Source: a virus
Taxonomy: Duplodnaviria > Caudoviricetes
DNA: 36,937 nucleotides
Virus record (IMG/VR): IMGVR_UViG_3300032301_000136
Coordinates: 1-36,937 of that record
Direction: 5' to 3' (one strand)
Shown here: piece after piece, positions 34,853 through 36,937 of the stretch
How the letters are laid out: each line of letters opens with the position of its first letter
Numbering within the stretch: position 1 is the stretch's first letter
The notes under the pieces: generated by a model
Database searches by the model: none
What the model saw: the letters and a program-made list of their open reading frames with translations, nothing else
What the model was told of the DNA's origin: nothing
Position numbers and translations under genes: made by a program

Positions 34853-35067
34853 CGACGCTTCTTCTTGCGATTTGCTGCGACCCAATGAGCATATGTATTC
34901 CAAAGCATCGCAGCAGCCTGTGCCTCGCTCTTCGTTTCAAAGATATCCTGCAAGGGTGGCAATCCTTCTGGTGGCCTTGCGCCATGCAGGCGCGGTCCAA
35001 TCACATTGCCTGCCAGAGTATGAATCCTCCATGCACCAGCCTCCTCCACCACCTTGACAAAGGTCAT
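34849..35067 (-). CDS. Hypothetical protein
   Basis: ATGA overlaps on both sides. Confidence 0.7.
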   Translation of the reverse strand: MTFVKVVEEAGAWRIHTLAGNVIGPRLHGARPPEGLPPLQDIFETKSEAQAAAMLWNTYAHWVAANRKKKRR

Positions 35068-35744
35068 CGACCAGCTTCTTTCAGCTTGGCATCGTCTTCT
35101 TTGATCTGGCCAGCTAACTTAACCAGATCGTTCGATTGTCCAGCGTAGTGGATAATGTAGGCATCCTTGTACCTATCCAATCCAAAATGCGACTCGACGC
35201 TGGTCATGCAGTTGTAGGATGGGTCAAGCGGAGTCAGCTCCATGCCCCACAAGTGCGCTTGAATGTTCATCCAAGTTTGTTCGCCAAAATGGTTTGGGTA
35301 ACAACCAAACGGAGGGCATGAGAATAGGCCAAGGAACTTATTGCTCACTACGAATACGCCAGTATTAACGTAGAACCTCGGCGTGATCTTTCCGCCAAAT
35401 CCTTTTGCGAGGTCAACCATCCCCTGCTTCCTATCCAGAAACTCTCCCTCGTCCAAAGCGCAGAAGAAGTGCTTACTTCCATCCGAATCAGGACTACCAA
35501 GATCTTCGCAGTCATTTGTCACAAGCACATCAGCGTCTAGAAACATGACCTGCTCGTAGCCCCTGGCGAGCATAATGTTTCCGATTGCCAGCTTCGAGTA
35601 TTGAACTGGCTGCGTAACTGGCTTTTCAATTGCCATGAAGTCAATCGCGTACTTCTTTGCGTACGCTTCCATCCTAGGCTGAGTGATGCTTAAAATCTTT
35701 TGCCAATCGTCTCCGAATGCCTGAGTGACTAATGCGCGTTTCAT
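35064..35744 (-). CDS. GT-A glycosyltransferase (GT34/GT8-like)
   Basis: YA.KY, FLDAD (DxD), NTGVFVV, EQTWMN and IIHYAG motifs. Confidence 0.88.
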   Translation of the reverse strand: MKRALVTQAFGDDWQKILSITQPRMEAYAKKYAIDFMAIEKPVTQPVQYSKLAIGNIMLARGYEQVMFLDADVLVTNDCEDLGSPDSDGSKHFFCALDEGEFLDRKQGMVDLAKGFGGKITPRFYVNTGVFVVSNKFLGLFSCPPFGCYPNHFGEQTWMNIQAHLWGMELTPLDPSYNCMTSVESHFGLDRYKDAYIIHYAGQSNDLVKLAGQIKEDDAKLKEAGR

Positions 35745-35929
35745 TTTTTAATAGCGTATTCCAACGATTTCTTTATTACATATTCAATCACAGCCTCCTT
35801 GTCGAACTTCAGAAGCCTCAGTCCAGCCCTAAACAAAGCTGTTCCTGTCTTCTCATCGTAGTCCACATCCACAAGAACCATCTTTGGTGCTTTCCGTGAT
35901 TTGCCAAATGTTATTTTTCCTAGCTTCAT
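35741..35929 (-). CDS. Hypothetical protein (start MKLGK at 35929)
   Basis: ATGA overlaps on both sides. Confidence 0.7.
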   Translation of the reverse strand: MKLGKITFGKSRKAPKMVLVDVDYDEKTGTALFRAGLRLLKFDKEAVIEYVIKKSLEYAIKK

Positions 35930-36108
35930 TTCTTCTTGGCCTTTCTTTCCTTCTTTGGTTTGACTTCCTTCCATACCTTGAAATCAGTATCCAGGTCCAC
36001 AGATATAAGCATTAACTTCTGGTATAGCTTCCAGCCAACTCCAAGTGGCAGCAGCGTGATGCTTACAAAATCTCCCAAGTGATAGAATATTTTCGATAGG
36101 ATTGTCAT
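35926..36108 (-). CDS. Hypothetical protein
   Basis: ATGA overlaps on both sides. Confidence 0.7.
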   Translation of the reverse strand: MTILSKIFYHLGDFVSITLLPLGVGWKLYQKLMLISVDLDTDFKVWKEVKPKKERKAKKK

Positions 36109-36509
36109 TTCGAAATTTCTACTACTGCGTATTTGGGCAGTCGAGCTTTTTCGTAATCTTTTTCACATTTAAAAAATAAATCTAAAACAGGTAATTTGCT
36201 TGACCCACTAGCCTTTCTCTGAATGACCGCTGTGCCTGTATCCACCACAACCCACTCCTGTTTAGATCCAACTATATTGACCTTGCTCCATGCTGGTATG
36301 ACCCTGTGGTCGGTGGCGCAATGCCTGCCAGCCTTGAGGCGCACACCTTCGCTGCTTTGCAGCTTGCTAGTGTAATAGTCTTCACCTGGCCAGTATCCAG
36401 TAACGCGCACCTTGATCTTCTTCTTAGGTGGCTGCACATCGACCATGACATTCGCAGTCATGACCGACGATGTGGTGATTAGCAGCGCAACAAGAGCTGT
36501 TCTCAGCAT
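36105..36509 (-). CDS. Secreted 3D-domain (MltA-like) cell-wall protein
   Basis: Signal peptide plus VTGY, A.D.RVIP..S.V, V.DTG.A and LDLF, giving the three Asp motifs. Confidence 0.85.
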   Translation of the reverse strand: MLRTALVALLITTSSVMTANVMVDVQPPKKKIKVRVTGYWPGEDYYTSKLQSSEGVRLKAGRHCATDHRVIPAWSKVNIVGSKQEWVVVDTGTAVIQRKASGSSKLPVLDLFFKCEKDYEKARLPKYAVVEISK

Positions 36510-36682
36510 GATTTTGGATAGCGATTGTTTCCATCATGGTCGCAAAACTTCTGGAACGATTCCTCGGTTTCCGACTCATCCTCATCATTGCTTTTATCTC
36601 CGTAATTGGAGTAAAGCCAAGGACGAGGCTTGCTGAAAAACTCATCCCAATCTTTGTCTATCTCTTCTTGTGTTTTGTTCAT
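36503..36682 (-). CDS. 59-aa acidic protein (MNKTQEEIDKDWDEFF...)
   Basis: Not in the ORF track. AAGGAGG RBS and an ATGA overlap. 16 of 59 residues are Asp/Glu. Confidence 0.7.
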   Translation of the reverse strand: MNKTQEEIDKDWDEFFSKPRPWLYSNYGDKSNDEDESETEESFQKFCDHDGNNRYPKSC

Positions 36683-36937
36683 AGTCTTGGGACCTCCTTT
36701 TTAATTTGTGCTAATACGAACAAGGATCTTACCAGAGCGCGCTCAAGGTGGTCAACACTTGTTTCGCCATTGTTATCAGGGCAAGGCGAGGACTTGTGAA
36801 GCTGCATCTGTGCTGTGGCTAGGTGACGAACAGCCCTAGCGATATGGTAATCGTGGGTAGGACGATCCTTCTCCAGCCAATCACCATAACCAGACTTATC
36901 CGATCCTTTGCCCATCACGCGCCAGACTATCTCTTGC
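36679..36937 (-). CDS. dATP/dGTP diphosphohydrolase-like (DUF5664-like) protein, with its 5' end at window positions 1-26
   Basis: V...G..K.G..DW......H..RAVRHL.....GE...DHL..A..R pattern. Confidence 0.55.
   Translation of the reverse strand, partial: QEIVWRVMGKGSDKSGYGDWLEKDRPTHDYHIARAVRHLATAQMQLHKSSPCPDNNGETSVDHLERALVRSLFVLAQIKKEVPRL

Larger units (their letters stand above)
1..36937. mobile_element. Near-complete tailed bacteriophage genome (podovirus-like, apparently lytic)
   Basis: Terminase, portal, scaffold, capsid, tail, lysis and replication genes are all present. No host housekeeping genes or integrase are seen. The window ends join in frame. Confidence 0.95.

Noticed and set aside
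1-36937. Alternative genetic code, tRNA genes or lysogeny module
   Set aside because: Genes are intact and densely packed in the standard code using all three stops. No tRNA cloverleaf, integrase or repressor was recognised.

Overview
The window is an essentially complete ~36.9 kb tailed dsDNA phage genome with podovirus-type morphogenesis genes: P22-like portal, adaptor and nozzle, an N4-gp56-like major capsid protein, three large ejection-type proteins and an S74-chaperone tail fibre. The two ends join in frame into one gene, so it is a circularly permuted genome. Almost all genes are on the minus strand. The exceptions are a short plus-strand early cluster (24408-26227) and one isolated secreted-protein gene (2726-3115). 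Replication and recombination genes are an AEP-type primase, an AAA_25/RepA helicase, an SSB-like protein, an exonuclease and a resolvase. I see no DNA polymerase, RNA polymerase, integrase, repressor, tRNA or CRISPR array. The main points of interest are: (1) a C5-cytosine methyltransferase split over two fully overlapping same-strand frames, with a G10 tract in the dual-coding specificity region; (2) apparent complete absence of CCGG; (3) a protein made of two MqsA/YgiT-type zinc fingers with no HTH, a candidate antitoxin mimic; (4) a promoter family with the -10 hexamer exactly 6 nt before the ATG, implying leaderless mRNAs; (5) several unexplained non-coding structures; (6) a glycosyltransferase/2OG-oxygenase/FkbM modification set. 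All family assignments come from motif recognition by eye, not database searches.
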